Of a DNA stretch of 64,000 bases, positions 1 through 17,400 are shown one piece after another. Under the pieces are notes generated by a model. That model was not told the origin of the DNA. It ran no database searches and saw only the letters and a list, made by a program, of their open reading frames with translations. The stretch's first letter is position 1. Every line of letters starts with the position of its first letter. The position numbers were made by a program, and so were the translations under genes. Source of the stretch: Eledone cirrhosa (Eukaryota); the NCBI GenBank assembly GCA_964016885.1, contig OZ024762.1, forward strand, positions 27,280,001-27,344,000, read 5' to 3'.

Positions 1-3660
<3,660 letters not shown>

Positions 3661-3920
3661 TTTCTTTATTAACCACAAGGGTTTACATAACGTAGACATT
3701 AAGGACAGTGCAGGACAATGCAGGACGGTACAAATGGGCATTTCTGCGTGTAAAAAAACAAAAACAGAGGATGTAACAAAAATAACAATGAAAATAACAA
3801 TGAAAAATTTCCCAATAGGGGGGAGACTTCGGAGGGACATTTGTGGAGAAAGCCCAGTAAAAAGCCACAATGACCCTGACCACCAAGGCAAGTGCCCTCT
3901 CCCAGTTTTCCACCTTTAAT

Positions 3921-6900
3921 TTACAGATATATGCTCAGAGTAGGCCCATTCACTCGGGCCATTCTTGCTTCTCTCACCCATCTTTCAACAAAATGCTGGG
4001 AAGAGAGCACTTCCCTCTCTACTCTGATTTTCCTTTTCAAATGAAATTTGAAAAAGTCAATCAGAGCATCACCGAAGAGGTAAGTGCTCGTCTTCAGCCC
4101 TTTCAAACGTGTCCACCATACTATCTCTTTCGCCATGGCCACCAGGCAGATAAAAACTGCCTGCCCTTCCCGGCTAAAGGAGGAGGGCGGGGCAATCCTC
4201 ACGATGGACTCAGATGATAGCCGGATCCGTCCTAAACGCGACAGCAGGTGTTCGACATAAACCCACAAGTCAGCAATTTTCGGACACTGGACGAGTGCGT
4301 GCAGGACGGTTTCGTCGCCCTGCGCGCATCTCGGACATGCCCGGCTGACGGCACCTCCATGCCTGTAGAGTGTATCCCGAACTGGCAAGGCTCCTCGGTA
4401 GCACTGCCAGGCCAGAGATTTCTGGAAGTTGTCCATAGGCCCTGGCCCGAAAGTTCTTCTGAAGAGATTGGCTAGTTGATTTTCGTCGACGCCTAGAGTT
4501 TCCCCAAGTACGTCGTCGCTCTTCCCCTCCACTAATCCTCTATAGAACGCCGAGGTGGAGTTTCCACCGATCACATTGCCCGATTGGTCGAGGGCTGTGA
4601 GCGCCTGAAGACATTCCAGTCTCCAGGCGCTCCCTCTCGGTCTTCGCTTGACCCAGGACTGCAGCTCCGTCAAGGAAACGAGCTGGGGAAACACGCGTCT
4701 AGCAAACGGCGACCACACCTGATCACCGTCGAGGAAGAGGTGGAGATGTCGTAGCCTGAGCGCGTGCCTGCGCATCATCAGCCACGGCATGCCCAGCCCT
4801 CCACGTAGCGGGTGTTGACAACAGATGGACCGCCTGACCATCGGAGCGCGTCCCTTCCACAAAAAGCGAAAGAGCAAACGCTCCAGCACAGTCAGGCGAG
4901 GCTTAGGACAAGGTACGACGGTCAGGCGGTAGCAGATGACGGACGCGATGTACGCGTTAGCCACCTCCGCTCGACCTTTCAGGGATAGCTTCCTCTCGGC
5001 CCATTTCTGGGTGAGAGAAGCCACCCTGCTCGTCACCTCGTCCCAGTTTTTGTCCGTCTGGAGGTCCGGACCGAACCAGACCCCTAGCAATTTAACCGGT
5101 CCGTCCGTCCAGCGTCCGACGACGCTGTTGGACGGCATGGACCTGCCTCTCCAGGTGCCGAGCTGCAGGCCCACTGACTTTTCCTGGTTGATCATTGATC
5201 CTGTCACCGCTTCGTATTCTCTTAGTGTAGTGCCGATCGCCTCGATGTGTTTGGCGTTCGACACCACTACGGTGACATCGTCCGCATATGCTGATACGGA
5301 TCTTCCGCATCCTAGTTCGCGCGGGACCCCCCTCAACGTCTCTAGTTTGTGCAGTAATGGCTCGAGAGTCAATACGTACAAGAGGGACGAGAGGGGACAT
5401 CCTTGGCGGACCGAGCGCATGATGTTGAACGGTTCCGACAGGTGACCGTTCACTCTCACCACAGAGCAGATGTCGCTGTGCATGGCAGCGATCCAGCCTC
5501 TGAAGACGGGCCCAAAGCCAGCCGCCCTCAGGACTGCCGCTAGGTAACGATGGTCGACCCTATCGAAAGCTTTCGACTGATCTAAGTTGATCAAGGACCC
5601 ACCCGTGCCAGGTTCCCTAGCTACCCTCTCTACGATGTATCGCATGAGGTGGAGGTTGTCGTGGATGGATCTGTCGGGAATGGCGCATGTCTGCGCCTCT
5701 CCCACCAGACCACCAACGACAAGCGCCAACCTCTTTGCTAGCACCTTGGCCAAAATCTTAAACTCTGTGTTTAGCAGAGTTATGGGCCGGAAATTGTCTA
5801 TGTTATCCCCCTTGTTCGGATCCTTTCTCAGCAGTGCCACCGCTCCTCGGCTCACAGAACTGGGAATTCTCCCGTTCTGTTGCCAGTTGCAGTAGACGTC
5901 CGCCAAGAGGCCTCCGAACAAGTCTGGCATCTGTACGTAAAGTTCATAGGGCAGACCATCCAAACCAGGCGATTTACCCCTTGTGCAGCCAGTCATTGCC
6001 TCCCGTACTTCAGCAGCTGTTATCGGCTTTTCGCAACACCTCGCCTCAGTGGCCGAGAGCCGCGGCAGTCCGTCGAGGTAGACACTAAAGTCCATCCCTC
6101 TACCCGGCCCCCCGCTGCCCCCGAACAGCTGAGCGAAGTGTCGCTGAAAAGCTTCACACATTTGCCCGGGATCGAGTAGCATGCGCCCGTCGTGGTCCAC
6201 CAAAGACCGGATCGTGGCTTTGTTGCCACGACGCGCCTCCGCCACTCGGGCCCATTGAACGGCTTTCGTCCCCTCGTGTCTGAGAGCACGCACCCTAGCT
6301 CTGACAACGCAGCCTTCGTGCTTTGCATTGAAGAATTGGTCAAGGGCCAATTTCGCCGCAAGCACGTCGGTCGCAATGCCTTTGCTAAGCGCCTCGTCTA
6401 ATTTTCTAACTAGTTCTCCCTCTGCTCTATTTTTTTTCTCTATTGCTAAAGCCTTACTAAACCTAATCGATTCTATTCTAATCGCTCTTTTCAGAGCAAA
6501 CCACCACTTGTTGTTGACGATGGCCCCCGTCAACGCCCGCTTAACTAGTTCGCTAATCCGGTCTCTGTAGGCCTTGCGCGCTGCTAAGGACGCGTTTAGC
6601 TTCCAGTAGCCGGGTCCTCGTCTATGAAGCCTATCTAAGTCAAGCACACAGGTCACGAATTTGTGGTCCGTGTAGCTGACTATCTTGAATTGTGGACAGC
6701 CTATGCTAGACCTATCTATTTCCCTACAAAATACTCTATCTAGATATGATCTGGATGACCCTATGCGGTTTGTCCAAGTCCACATTGGCACATTCGGGAA
6801 ATCCAATCGGTACCTGTCAGACAGTTCAAAACGCCTGAGCAGGTTGGTGAGGCTCTTGCACCCTCCACCCCTATCCGCTAATCCCACACAGTCCCAGCGT

Positions 6901-7343
6901 GCATCTAAGATCCCGTTCCAGTCGCCCACTAACACTAAAGAGCGGGACGTTCCAAGAAAGGTCTCCAGACGCCGGAAGAAATCAGGCCGCCCTGCTCCTG
7001 TCGGGGCATAGACGGCCACTAGCCTGAAAGCTTGCCCGTCTCCGCTGGTCACGTCCAGCACCACCAGCTTACCCTCTGGGTCCAGGAAGATGGCCCGTAT
7101 GGCGAGATCCAAACCTCTCCGAAAAAGCACAGCAACTCCTCCACCCGATCCAGGACGGCTGGGAGATGCGTACACATCGTAGCCGCCGAAGATCGGTGCG
7201 AAGGCCCGTGCTTCGGAGATTCTGGTCTCGCTGATGGCCACTACATCTATGTTTAGTGACCTGAGGTCGTTGAGCAGGTGACCCTGCTTCCATGACGACC
7301 CCAAGCCACGCGCATTTATGCTGCCTATTCTGAGTGAGGTCAT
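3921..7343 (-). CDS. LINE ORF2: AP endonuclease + reverse transcriptase + C-terminal zinc-binding domain (1140 aa)
   Basis: SINARGL, ISET, VYAP, GDWN, SYLDR and TDH (APE); GYWKLN (Tx1-type); KSPGLDG, FRPITLLN, LDQSKAFDRV, QGCPLS and YADD (RT); CPRC..ETVLHALVQC. Confidence 0.96.
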   Translation of the reverse strand: MTSLRIGSINARGLGSSWKQGHLLNDLRSLNIDVVAISETRISEARAFAPIFGGYDVYASPSRPGSGGGVAVLFRRGLDLAIRAIFLDPEGKLVVLDVTSGDGQAFRLVAVYAPTGAGRPDFFRRLETFLGTSRSLVLVGDWNGILDARWDCVGLADRGGGCKSLTNLLRRFELSDRYRLDFPNVPMWTWTNRIGSSRSYLDRVFCREIDRSSIGCPQFKIVSYTDHKFVTCVLDLDRLHRRGPGYWKLNASLAARKAYRDRISELVKRALTGAIVNNKWWFALKRAIRIESIRFSKALAIEKKNRAEGELVRKLDEALSKGIATDVLAAKLALDQFFNAKHEGCVVRARVRALRHEGTKAVQWARVAEARRGNKATIRSLVDHDGRMLLDPGQMCEAFQRHFAQLFGGSGGPGRGMDFSVYLDGLPRLSATEARCCEKPITAAEVREAMTGCTRGKSPGLDGLPYELYVQMPDLFGGLLADVYCNWQQNGRIPSSVSRGAVALLRKDPNKGDNIDNFRPITLLNTEFKILAKVLAKRLALVVGGLVGEAQTCAIPDRSIHDNLHLMRYIVERVAREPGTGGSLINLDQSKAFDRVDHRYLAAVLRAAGFGPVFRGWIAAMHSDICSVVRVNGHLSEPFNIMRSVRQGCPLSSLLYVLTLEPLLHKLETLRGVPRELGCGRSVSAYADDVTVVVSNAKHIEAIGTTLREYEAVTGSMINQEKSVGLQLGTWRGRSMPSNSVVGRWTDGPVKLLGVWFGPDLQTDKNWDEVTSRVASLTQKWAERKLSLKGRAEVANAYIASVICYRLTVVPCPKPRLTVLERLLFRFLWKGRAPMVRRSICCQHPLRGGLGMPWLMMRRHALRLRHLHLFLDGDQVWSPFARRVFPQLVSLTELQSWVKRRPRGSAWRLECLQALTALDQSGNVIGGNSTSAFYRGLVEGKSDDVLGETLGVDENQLANLFRRTFGPGPMDNFQKSLAWQCYRGALPVRDTLYRHGGAVSRACPRCAQGDETVLHALVQCPKIADLWVYVEHLLSRLGRIRLSSESIVRIAPPSSFSREGQAVFICLVAMAKEIVWWTRLKGLKTSTYLFGDALIDFFKFHLKRKIRVEREVLSSQHFVERWVREARMARVNGPTLSIYL

Positions 7344-7378
7344 GTTTAAAATAGAGTGGAAAAGATGGGAAAGACCAC

Positions 7379-9475
7379 TTACCGTTCTTTTGGTAGAGGA
7401 GGGATGGTTTTTACATCCCTTTTCACTTGATCGTCTGGTGAAGGGACCGTTGAATCGTCCCTTCGGCTGGTCGTCGGCTCTTCTAAGAGAATGTCTGAAT
7501 ATACTCTTCGATTGATGGTTCCTCCTAGGTCCCTGAAATCACCAACTGCGTTGGGGAATTTCATTTTAATGTTTGTGTATTGTTTCTGTGCTATTTTTAG
7601 CAGTCTTATGTTAGTTGGCGTTTTGATTGGTGCTGGTATTATGTAGTCCTGTTGTGAAATGTCTGTGTGTTCAATTATGTAAGTCATTAGTTTCTTGTTG
7701 TGTGTGTTTATTGCCGTGCATTTGTTTTTCTGGGGGTGGGGTGTGGTTCTGCTATTTTCTTGTCGTTGTTGCTGGGTGTGTGTGTTTTGTTGTTGTGTTT
7801 GCGATGTTGGTGCTTGTGGTGGTGGTGTTGAAGGTGTTGTTGGCGGTGGGGTTGTCGCCGGTGGTGATGGTGGTGCTGGTGTGGGTGGTGATGGTGTTGG
7901 TGGTGTTGCTGCTGTGGGTCTCTTTGCAGTAGACTTTACCCTTTTCTCATTTCTTTCCTCCCTTTTCAAAGGCGACGATGCGCTGCTTCTGCGTTTGTGC
8001 CTTCTTGCGACCTTTTGCCATCCCTCTCCCACCTCACACTCCATGTCTGATTCTGTAAGGTCGGGGAGGGGTACCAGCTCCACTCTTTCACTTGTTGTTG
8101 TTGGTGATGTTTGCACTGGAGTCTCTGTTGCAGCTGCATTTGGTATTGCTGTTGTTGTTGTTAATATTTCCACTGCTGCTGCTGTCTTTGATTTCCGTGG
8201 AGTGGGTATGGGTGCCACGGACCTATCGTTCCTGGTTGCCGCTTGTCCTGTTGCTGGTAGCCGTGGAGCCGGATTCGGAAGGAGGGGGGTTTTCTCCTTT
8301 CTCAGGGTCTTCTCGTTGCAGAAGGCCCTGAGGTGAGTCTTCGATCCACAGCGAAAGCATTTCGGGCGTTTGCCCTCAACACTTATGGGCAGTTGAGTGC
8401 CGTTATCGAAGTCTATCACATCCGGGATAGCTTCGATGCACTCCTGGTTGGTTTGGATTAGCATCTCAATGGAGGAGCCGACCCAATCTTCTCTTACTTT
8501 TTTCTGTACTTGCAGTACAGTTGTTTTGTCCTCGATTCCGACGAGGACAGACGCGGCCAGCCAAGAAGGGGTCATTCCGGGGGGGACGTGGGTCAGTTTG
8601 ACCCTCACAATTTTTTGCCCGCAGTAGGAGGGCACCAACACCATTTCCTCGCTCCTTAGGGTCACTACTGATTGGGCCTTTGCCTCCTGGGGTGTGGCAA
8701 AAAGTACGTCTACGGTGGCGTATTTTTTGCCTCGGGTGATGTGCGTTTTCCTCTGCCACACAGACCCCAAGGCTTTTTGTATTTGGGCCTCTGTGGCTCT
8801 TTCCACCCTACGGGATTTTGTACTTACTGTACGGTACGTGACCGTACAGTGCTCTTGGGTTTCGAAAAAATTTTTCGCTGCCTTGCAGATTGCTCGGTGT
8901 CCGTTCTTTGTCACCATCTTCTTCGCTTCCTCTAATTCCTCATTTGTTATGAGGATTGTTTCCAAGTTTTTCGCAATACCTGCAAATGAGATTGGTTTTT
9001 CTCTGCTGTTGTTGTTGTCGTCAGAGCTGCTGGTACTTTTGTTGTTGCTGCAGGTACTACGACTACTGCCTCCGCCGCTGTTGCTGTGGTTGTTGTTGGT
9101 GTTGCTGCTGCTAATGCTGTTGTTGTTTATGCTGCTGGTGATGCTGTTGCGGCTGCTACTGTTGTTTTCATTGTCACTGTTGCTGTTGTTATTACGGCTG
9201 CTACTGCTATTATTCCTGACCTTAGACGAATGAACTGGGTTTTCGTATTTCCCGCACACCTGTTTCGTCGCTGTCGTCGTCGTCGTGGAGAAACCTTGCA
9301 CGCTTTGCACGAGACTTTTCTTTTCTTTCGTCGCTTGCGAAAGAGAAGGGAGGGAGAGAGACACATTTAAAGAAGGGAGGGAGAGAGACAATCTTCTCTC
9401 TGCTGTAGTGATGATTGAGGAAGAAGAAGACGGAATGAGTGGGAGTGACGTATGAAATTTCTTTTTGGTAGCCAT
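7379..9475 (-). CDS. LINE ORF1, gag-like nucleic-acid-binding protein with CCHC knuckle
   Basis: ATG at 9475 (MATKKKFH); CFRCGSKTHLRAFC knuckle; low-complexity S/N and P/T linkers; ends 35 bp upstream of ORF2. Confidence 0.88.
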   Translation of the reverse strand: MATKKKFHTSLPLIPSSSSSIITTAERRLSLSLPSLNVSLSLPSLSQATKEKKSLVQSVQGFSTTTTTATKQVCGKYENPVHSSKVRNNSSSSRNNNSNSDNENNSSSRNSITSSINNNSISSSNTNNNHSNSGGGSSRSTCSNNKSTSSSDDNNNSREKPISFAGIAKNLETILITNEELEEAKKMVTKNGHRAICKAAKNFFETQEHCTVTYRTVSTKSRRVERATEAQIQKALGSVWQRKTHITRGKKYATVDVLFATPQEAKAQSVVTLRSEEMVLVPSYCGQKIVRVKLTHVPPGMTPSWLAASVLVGIEDKTTVLQVQKKVREDWVGSSIEMLIQTNQECIEAIPDVIDFDNGTQLPISVEGKRPKCFRCGSKTHLRAFCNEKTLRKEKTPLLPNPAPRLPATGQAATRNDRSVAPIPTPRKSKTAAAVEILTTTTAIPNAAATETPVQTSPTTTSERVELVPLPDLTESDMECEVGEGWQKVARRHKRRSSASSPLKREERNEKRVKSTAKRPTAATPPTPSPPTPAPPSPPATTPPPTTPSTPPPQAPTSQTQQQNTHTQQQRQENSRTTPHPQKNKCTAINTHNKKLMTYIIEHTDISQQDYIIPAPIKTPTNIRLLKIAQKQYTNIKMKFPNAVGDFRDLGGTINRRVYSDILLEEPTTSRRDDSTVPSPDDQVKRDVKTIPPLPKER

Positions 9476-9784
9476 GTTTTTTTGTTTAAAATGAAATTTT
9501 GGGTACAAAACCCCAATAACTGGTTATTTAACCCCGAAGGGCCAAATAACGGACAGAAAGACCCCTCTCACGAGGAGGAGGGTGTCTTTATCAACAATTT
9601 GGTTCAAGTTTTAAACAATTTACAATTGTTTTAACGGTTAAAAATTACTATACCTTACAGAGCCGAGCCTCCGTCAACCATGGCATTCAATAATAATAAT
9701 AATAATAATAATAATATTAATAATAATAAATTTGAAGACTAAAATCCAAAGAGGGCTCGATAAGGATAAATATATATCAAATAT

Positions 9785-10150
9785 ATAAGAACCGTAGAGC
9801 AAATATTTATTAAAATAACAGATTAAAGTGTCAGCAAAGAATCGCTGCTTTCACCCTTAACGGGATATTCTGAAACTAACAAAATTAATCTGTGAACGCA
9901 GAAGTGAATATTTCAAAAAACGTTGCAACCGGAGGAAGACAGGAAGACGATACTTTGGTTCGTGGAAACGTTCCCTGGCAAAGAACGGGAAAAAACGAAT
10001 ATAATAAGTCATTATTTGGAGCAGTGAAATACAATTACACGCAATGACAAAACCACGTTTATGGTATAACTGAAGTCGTAGACTAAAATTCTAACTAGGA
10101 AAACGAATGATTCTCGGCTTCAGAGTTGAGAATAAAGTAAATAAAATACA
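9785..10150. repeat. Unclassified dispersed repeat; second copy at 27770-28400
   Basis: High similarity (tattaaaataacagatta...aaacgttgcaaccggaggaagacaggaagacgatactttgg...gactaaaattctaactagga). Confidence 0.8.
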
Positions 10151-10359
10151 AAGTAATTGAAATTAAATAAATACATACACGCATCCATATACGTACATAC
10201 ACAAGCATACGCGAAAACACTCGCCATAGTTATACAAATACACGCACGTACACAACCCCCCCCCCCCCGCCCAACCAAAAAAACCCGCAACCACATACAG
10301 AACCTATGCAACGCCTGTACCCGCACGCGTACGAATGTATACACCAAATACACATAAAA

Positions 10360-10478
<119 letters not shown>

Positions 10479-10497
10479 CATATAAAAATATATATAA

Positions 10498-10534
<37 letters not shown>

Positions 10535-11499
10535 CGTGTATACATATAATTAAATAAACGTATATAAATAAATAAATACGTATATAACAAGCGCACACAC
10601 ATACCTACATGTAAGTACACATATGTTCGGAGACGTACGTCAACCAAAACACAAAGTACACATATACACACACCCTACATACGTACGAACCCGCATACTC
10701 ACACAGACGCAAAACTCACGTATACACATAACAAAAGCATATGTTCCAGAATATATAATATATACGCCATAACATATACAATCAAATATACGTACGAGAA
10801 AGTATACGTACCTTCACAACACATACATGTAATATATACTTACCTATACAAATAAGTAATGATATAAACATAACATATACTTATCCGCGTATAACCATAA
10901 CATATACAATATCCGCGTATAGTTCGTACTATCCGTTAGGGTATAATGTGGGGCTGTAATACAGGAAAGTTTTGTGCAATTTATGTTTACAAGCCGAAAT
11001 TGCCTCAGATTGTTTGTTTAAGATGTGGTCTTTGGCGTAGAGTATTACCAGGGCTTGAGCGGCGCAGAGCTCACATATATGAGTAGATAACAAAAGAAAA
11101 AGTAAACAATGTTGAACGACTACAGTTGTTTTTGTTTGTTTCTTTCTTTTTTATCTAACATTCTTTTTTATCTAGCATTCATTTTTAGCTAACATTCTTT
11201 TTTATCTAACATTCTTTTTTATCATCACAAATAGCTTCTTTACAATATTTCACATCGACCTCGTTCATTCTTTCACTGCTTAATTCGTTCGTTTGTCCGA
11301 TAGTTATATCACCCACTGAGTTATTCATTCCCTTAATAACTAGCTCGTTCGCTCTGTCAATCATTCTTCCAACCACACACCAGCTCTCGTTCACTCTTTC
11401 AATCACTTGTTGAATCACTCATTCAATGACAGACCAGCTTTCGTTCATTCTTTCACTATTTAATTCGTTCGTTCTGAATTATTCGTTCACTTACTATCT

Positions 11500-14400
11500 A
11501 CCTCGTTCACTCTTTCAATCATACAGTAGCTCTCGTTCACTCTTTCAATCCCTCATTCAATCCACACCAACTCTCGTTCACTCTTTCAATTCCTCATTCA
11601 ATCCACACCAGCTCTCATTCACTCTTTCAATCCCTCATTCAATCCACACCAGATCTCATTCACTCTTTCAATCCTTCATTCAATCCACACCAGCTCTCGT
11701 TCACTCTTTCAATCCCTCATTCAATCCACACCAGCTCTCATTCACTCTTTCAATCCCTCATTCAATCCACACCAGCTCTCATTCACTCTTTCAATCCCTC
11801 ATTCAATCCACACCAGCTCTCATTCACTCTTTCAATCCCTCATTCAATCCACACCAGCTCTCGTTCACTCTTTCAATCCCTCATTCAATCCACACCAGCT
11901 CTCGTTCACACTTTCAATCCCTCATTCAATCCACACCAGCTCTCGTTCACTCTTTCAATCCCTCATTCAATCCACACCAGCTCTCATTCACTCTTTCAAT
12001 CACTCATTCAATCCACACCAGCTCTCATTCACTCTTTCAATCACTCATTCAATCCACACCAGCTCTCATTCACTCTTTCAATCACTCATTCAATCCACAC
12101 CAGCTCTCGTTCACTCTTTCAATCCCTCATTCAATCCACACCAGATCTCATTCACTCTTTCAATCCCTCATTCAATCCACACCAGCTCTCGTTCACTCTT
12201 TCAATCCCTCATTCAATCCACACCAGCTCTCATTCACTCTTTCAATCACTCATTCAATCCACACCAGCTCTCATTCACTCTTTCAATCACTCATTCAATC
12301 CACACCAGCTCTCATTCACTCTTTCAATCACTCATTCAATCCACACCAGCTCTCATTCACTCTTTCAATCACTCATTCAATCCACACCAGCTCTCATTCA
12401 CTCTTTCAATCACTCATTCAATCCACACCAGCTCTCATTCACTCTTTCAATCACACATTCAATCCACACCAGCTCTCGTTCACTCTTTCAATCCCTCATT
12501 CAATCCACACCAGATCTCATTCACTCTTTCAATCCCTCATTCAATCCACACCAGCTCTCATTCACTCTTTCAATCCCTCATTCAATCCACACCAGCTCTC
12601 GTTCACTCTTTCAATCCCTCATTCAATCCACACCAGCTCTCGTTCACTCTTTCAATCACTCATTCAATCCACACCAGCTCTCATTCACTCTTTCAATCAC
12701 TCATTCAATCCACACCAGCTCTCATTCACTCTTTCAATCACTCATTCAATCCACACCAGCTCTCATTCACTCTTTCAATCACTCATTCAATCCACACGAG
12801 ATCTCGTTCACTCTTTCAATCCCTCATTCAATCCACACCAGATCTCATTCACTCTTTCAATCCCTCATTCAATCCACACCAGCTCTCATTCACTCTTTCA
12901 ATCCCTCATTCAATCCACACCAGCTCTCGTTCACTCTTTCAATCCCTCATTCAATCCACACCAGCTCTCGTTCACTCTTTCAATCACTCATTCAATCCAC
13001 ACCAGCTCTCATTCACTCTTTCAATCACTCATTCAATCCACACCAGCTCTCATTCACTCTTTCAATCCCTCATTCAATCCACACCAGCTCTCGTTCACTC
13101 TTTCAATCCCTCATTCAATCCACACCAGCTCTCATTCACTCTTTCAATCCCTCATTCAATCCACACCAGCTCTCATTCACTCTTTCCATCCCTCATTCAA
13201 TCCACACCAGCTCTCGTTCACTCTTTCAATCACTCATTCAATCCACACCAGCTCTCATTCACTCTTTAAATCCCTCATTCAATCCACACCAGCTCTCGTT
13301 CACTCTTTCAATCACTCATTCAATCCACACCAGCTCTCATTCACTCTTTCAATCCCTCATTCAATCCACACCAGCTCTCATTCACTCTTTCAATCACTCA
13401 TTCAATCCACACCAGCTCTCGTTCACTCTTTCAATCCCTCATTCAATCCACACCAGCTCTCGTTCACTCTTTCAATCACTCATTCAATCCACACCAGCTC
13501 TCATTCACTCTTTCAATCACTCATTCAATCCACACCAGCTCTCGTTCACTCTTTCAATCCCTCATTCAATCCACACCAGATCTCATTCACTCTTTCAATC
13601 ACTCATTCAATCCACACCAGCTCTCATTCACTCTTTCAATCCCTCATTCAATCCACACCAGCTCTCGTTCACTCTTTCAATCCCTCATTCAATCCACACC
13701 AGATCTCATTCACTCTTTCAATCACTCATTCAATCCACACCAGCTCTCATTCACTCTTTCAATCCCTCATTCAATCCACACCAGCTCTCGTTCACTCTTT
13801 CAATCCCTCATTCAATCCACACCAGATCTCATTCACTCTTTCAATCCCTCATTCAATCCACACCAGCTCTCATTCACTCTTTCAATCTCTCATTCAATCC
13901 ACACCAGTTCTCGTTCACTCTTTCAATCCCTCATTCAATCCACACCAGATCTCATTCACTCTTTCAATCCCTCATTCAATCCACACCAGCTCTCGTTCAC
14001 TCTTTCAATCCCTCATTCAATCCACACCAGCTCTCATTCACTCTTTCAATCTCTCATTCAATCCACACCAGCTCTCGTTCACTCTTTCAATCCCTCATTC
14101 AATCCACACCAACTCTCGTTCACTCTTTCAATCTCTCATTCAATCCACACCAGCTCTCGTTCACTCTTTCAATCCCTCATTCAATCCACACCAGATCTCA
14201 TTCACTCTTTCAATCACTCATTCAATCCACACCAGCTCTCGTTCACTCTTTCAATCACTCATTCAATCCACACCAGCTCTCATTCACTCTTTCAATCCCT
14301 CATTCAATCCACACCAGCTCTCGTTCACTCTTTCAATCCCTCATTCAATCCACACCAGATCTCATTCACTCTTTCAATCACTCATTCAATCCACACCAGC

Positions 14401-17400
14401 TCTCATTCACTCTTTCAATCCCTCATTCAATCCACACCAGCTCTCATTCACTCTTTCAATCCCTCATTCAATCCACACCAGCTCTCATTCACTCTTTCAA
14501 TCCCTCATTCAATCCACACCAGCTCTCATTCACTCTTTCAATCACTCATTCAATCCACACCAGCTCTCATTCACTCTTTCAATCACTCATTCAATCACAC
14601 TCCAGCTCTCGTTCACTCTCTCAATCACTCATTCAATCACACACCAAATCTCGTTCACTCTTTCAATCCCTCATTCAATCACACACCAAATCTCGTTCAC
14701 TCTTTTAATCCCTCATTCAATCACACACCAGCTCTCATTCACTCTTTCAATCCCTCATTCAATCCACACCAACTCTCGTTCACTCTTTCAATCTCTCATT
14801 CAATCCACACCAGCTCTCGTTCACTCTTTCAATCACTCATTCAATCACACACCAAATCTCGTTCACTCTTTTAATCCCTCATTCAATCACACACCAGCTC
14901 TCATTCACTCTTTCAATCCCTCATTCAATCCACACCAACTCTCGTTCACTCTTTCAATCTCTCATTCAATCCACACCAGCTCTCGTTCACTCTTTCAATC
15001 ACTCATTCAATCACACACCAAATCTCGTTCACTCTTTTAATCCCTCATTCAATCACACACCAGCTCTCATTCACTCTTTCAATCCCTCATTCAATCCACA
15101 CCAACTCTCGTTCACTCTTTCAATCACTCATTCAATCCACACCAGCTCTCGTTCACTCTCTCAATCACTCATTCAATCCACACCAGCTCTCGTTCACTCT
15201 TTCAATCACTCATTCAATCCACACCAGCTCTCGTTCACTCTTTCAATCCCTCATTCAATCCACACCAGCTCTCGTTCACTCTTTCAATCCCTCATTCAAT
15301 CCACACCAGCTCTCGTTCACTCTTTCAATCCCTCATTCAATCCACACAGGCTCTCGTTCACTCTTTCAATCACTCATTCAATCCACACCAGCTCTCATTC
15401 ACTCTTTCAATCCCTCATTCAATCCACACCAGCTCTCGTTCACTCTTTCAATCCCTCATTCAATCCATACAGGCTCTCGTTCACTCTTTCAATCCCTCAT
15501 TCAATCACACACCAACTCTCGTTCACTCTTTCAATCACTCATTCAATCCACACCAGCTCTCATTCACTCTTTCAATCCCTCATTCAATCCACACCAGCTC
15601 TCGTTCACTCTTTCAATCCCTCATTCAATCCATACAGGCTCTCGTTCACTCTTTCAATCCCTCATTCAATCACACACCAACTCTCGTTCACTCTTTCAAT
15701 CACTCATTCAATCCACACCAGCTCTCATTCACTCTTTCAATCCCTCATTCAATCCACACCAGCTCTCGTTCACTCTTTCAATCCCTCATTCAATCACACA
15801 CCAACTCTCGTTCACTCTTTCAATCCCTCATTCAATCACACACCAGCTCTCGTTCACTCTTTCAATCACTCATTCAATCCACACCAGCTCTCATTCACTC
15901 TTTCAATCCCTCATTCAATCCACACCAGCTCTCATTCACTCTTTCAATCCCTCATTCAATCCACACCAGCTCTCATTCACTCTTTCAATCCCTCATTCAA
16001 TCCACACCAGCTCTCATTCACTCTTTCAATCCCTCATTCAATCCACACCAGCTCTCGTTCACTCTTTCAATCCCTCATTCAATCCATACAGGCTCTCGTT
16101 CACTCTTTCAATCCCTCATTCAATCACACACCAACTCTCGTTCACTCTTTCAATCACTCATTCAATCCACACCAGCTCTCATTCACTCTTTCAATCACTC
16201 ATTCAATCACACACCAAATCTCGTTCACTCTTTTAATCCCTCATTCAATCACACACCAGCTCTCATTCACTCTTTCAATCCCTCATTCAATCCACACCAA
16301 CTCTCGTTCACTCTTTCAATCACTCATTCAATCCACACCAGCTCTCGTTCACTCTCTCAATCACTCATTCAATCCACACCAGCTCTCGTTCACTCTTTCA
16401 ATCACTCATTCAATCCACACCAGCTCTCGTTCACTCTTTCAATCCCTCATTCAATCCACACCAGCTCTCGTTCACTCTTTCAATCCCTCATTCAATCCAC
16501 ACCAGCTCTCGTTCACTCTTTCAATCCCTCATTCAATCCACACAGGCTCTCGTTCACTCTTTCAATCACTCATTCAATCCACACCAGCTCTCATTCACTC
16601 TTTCAATCCCTCATTCAATCCACACCAGCTCTCGTTCACTCTTTCAATCCCTCATTCAATCCATACAGGCTCTCGTTCACTCTTTCAATCCCTCATTCAA
16701 TCACACACCAACTCTCGTTCACTCTTTCAATCACTCATTCAATCCACACCAGCTCTCATTCACTCTTTCAATCCCTCATTCAATCCACACCAGCTCTCGT
16801 TCACTCTTTCAATCCCTCATTCAATCCATACAGGCTCTCGTTCACTCTTTCAATCCCTCATTCAATCACACACCAACTCTCGTTCACTCTTTCAATCACT
16901 CATTCAATCCACACCAGCTCTCATTCACTCTTTCAATCCCTCATTCAATCCACACCAGCTCTCGTTCACTCTTTCAATCCCTCATTCAATCACACACCAA
17001 CTCTCGTTCACTCTTTCAATCCCTCATTCAATCACACACCAGCTCTCGTTCACTCTTTCAATCACTCATTCAATCCACACCAGCTCTCATTCACTCTTTC
17101 AATCCCTCATTCAATCCACACCAGCTCTCATTCACTCTTTCAATCCCTCATTCAATCCACACCAGCTCTCATTCACTCTTTCAATCCCTCATTCAATCCA
17201 CACCAGCTCTCATTCACTCTTTCAATCCCTCATTCAATCCACACCAGCTCTCGTTCACTCTTTCAATCCCTCATTCAATCCATACAGGCTCTCGTTCACT
17301 CTTTCAATCCCTCATTCAATCACACACCAACTCTCGTTCACTCTTTCAATCACTCATTCAATCCACACCAGCTCTCATTCACTCTTTCAATCACTCATTC

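Noticed and set aside
11426-15040. 1204-aa ORF
   Set aside because: Translation of a stop-free 41-bp satellite (41-aa period cycling through all frames); not a credible gene
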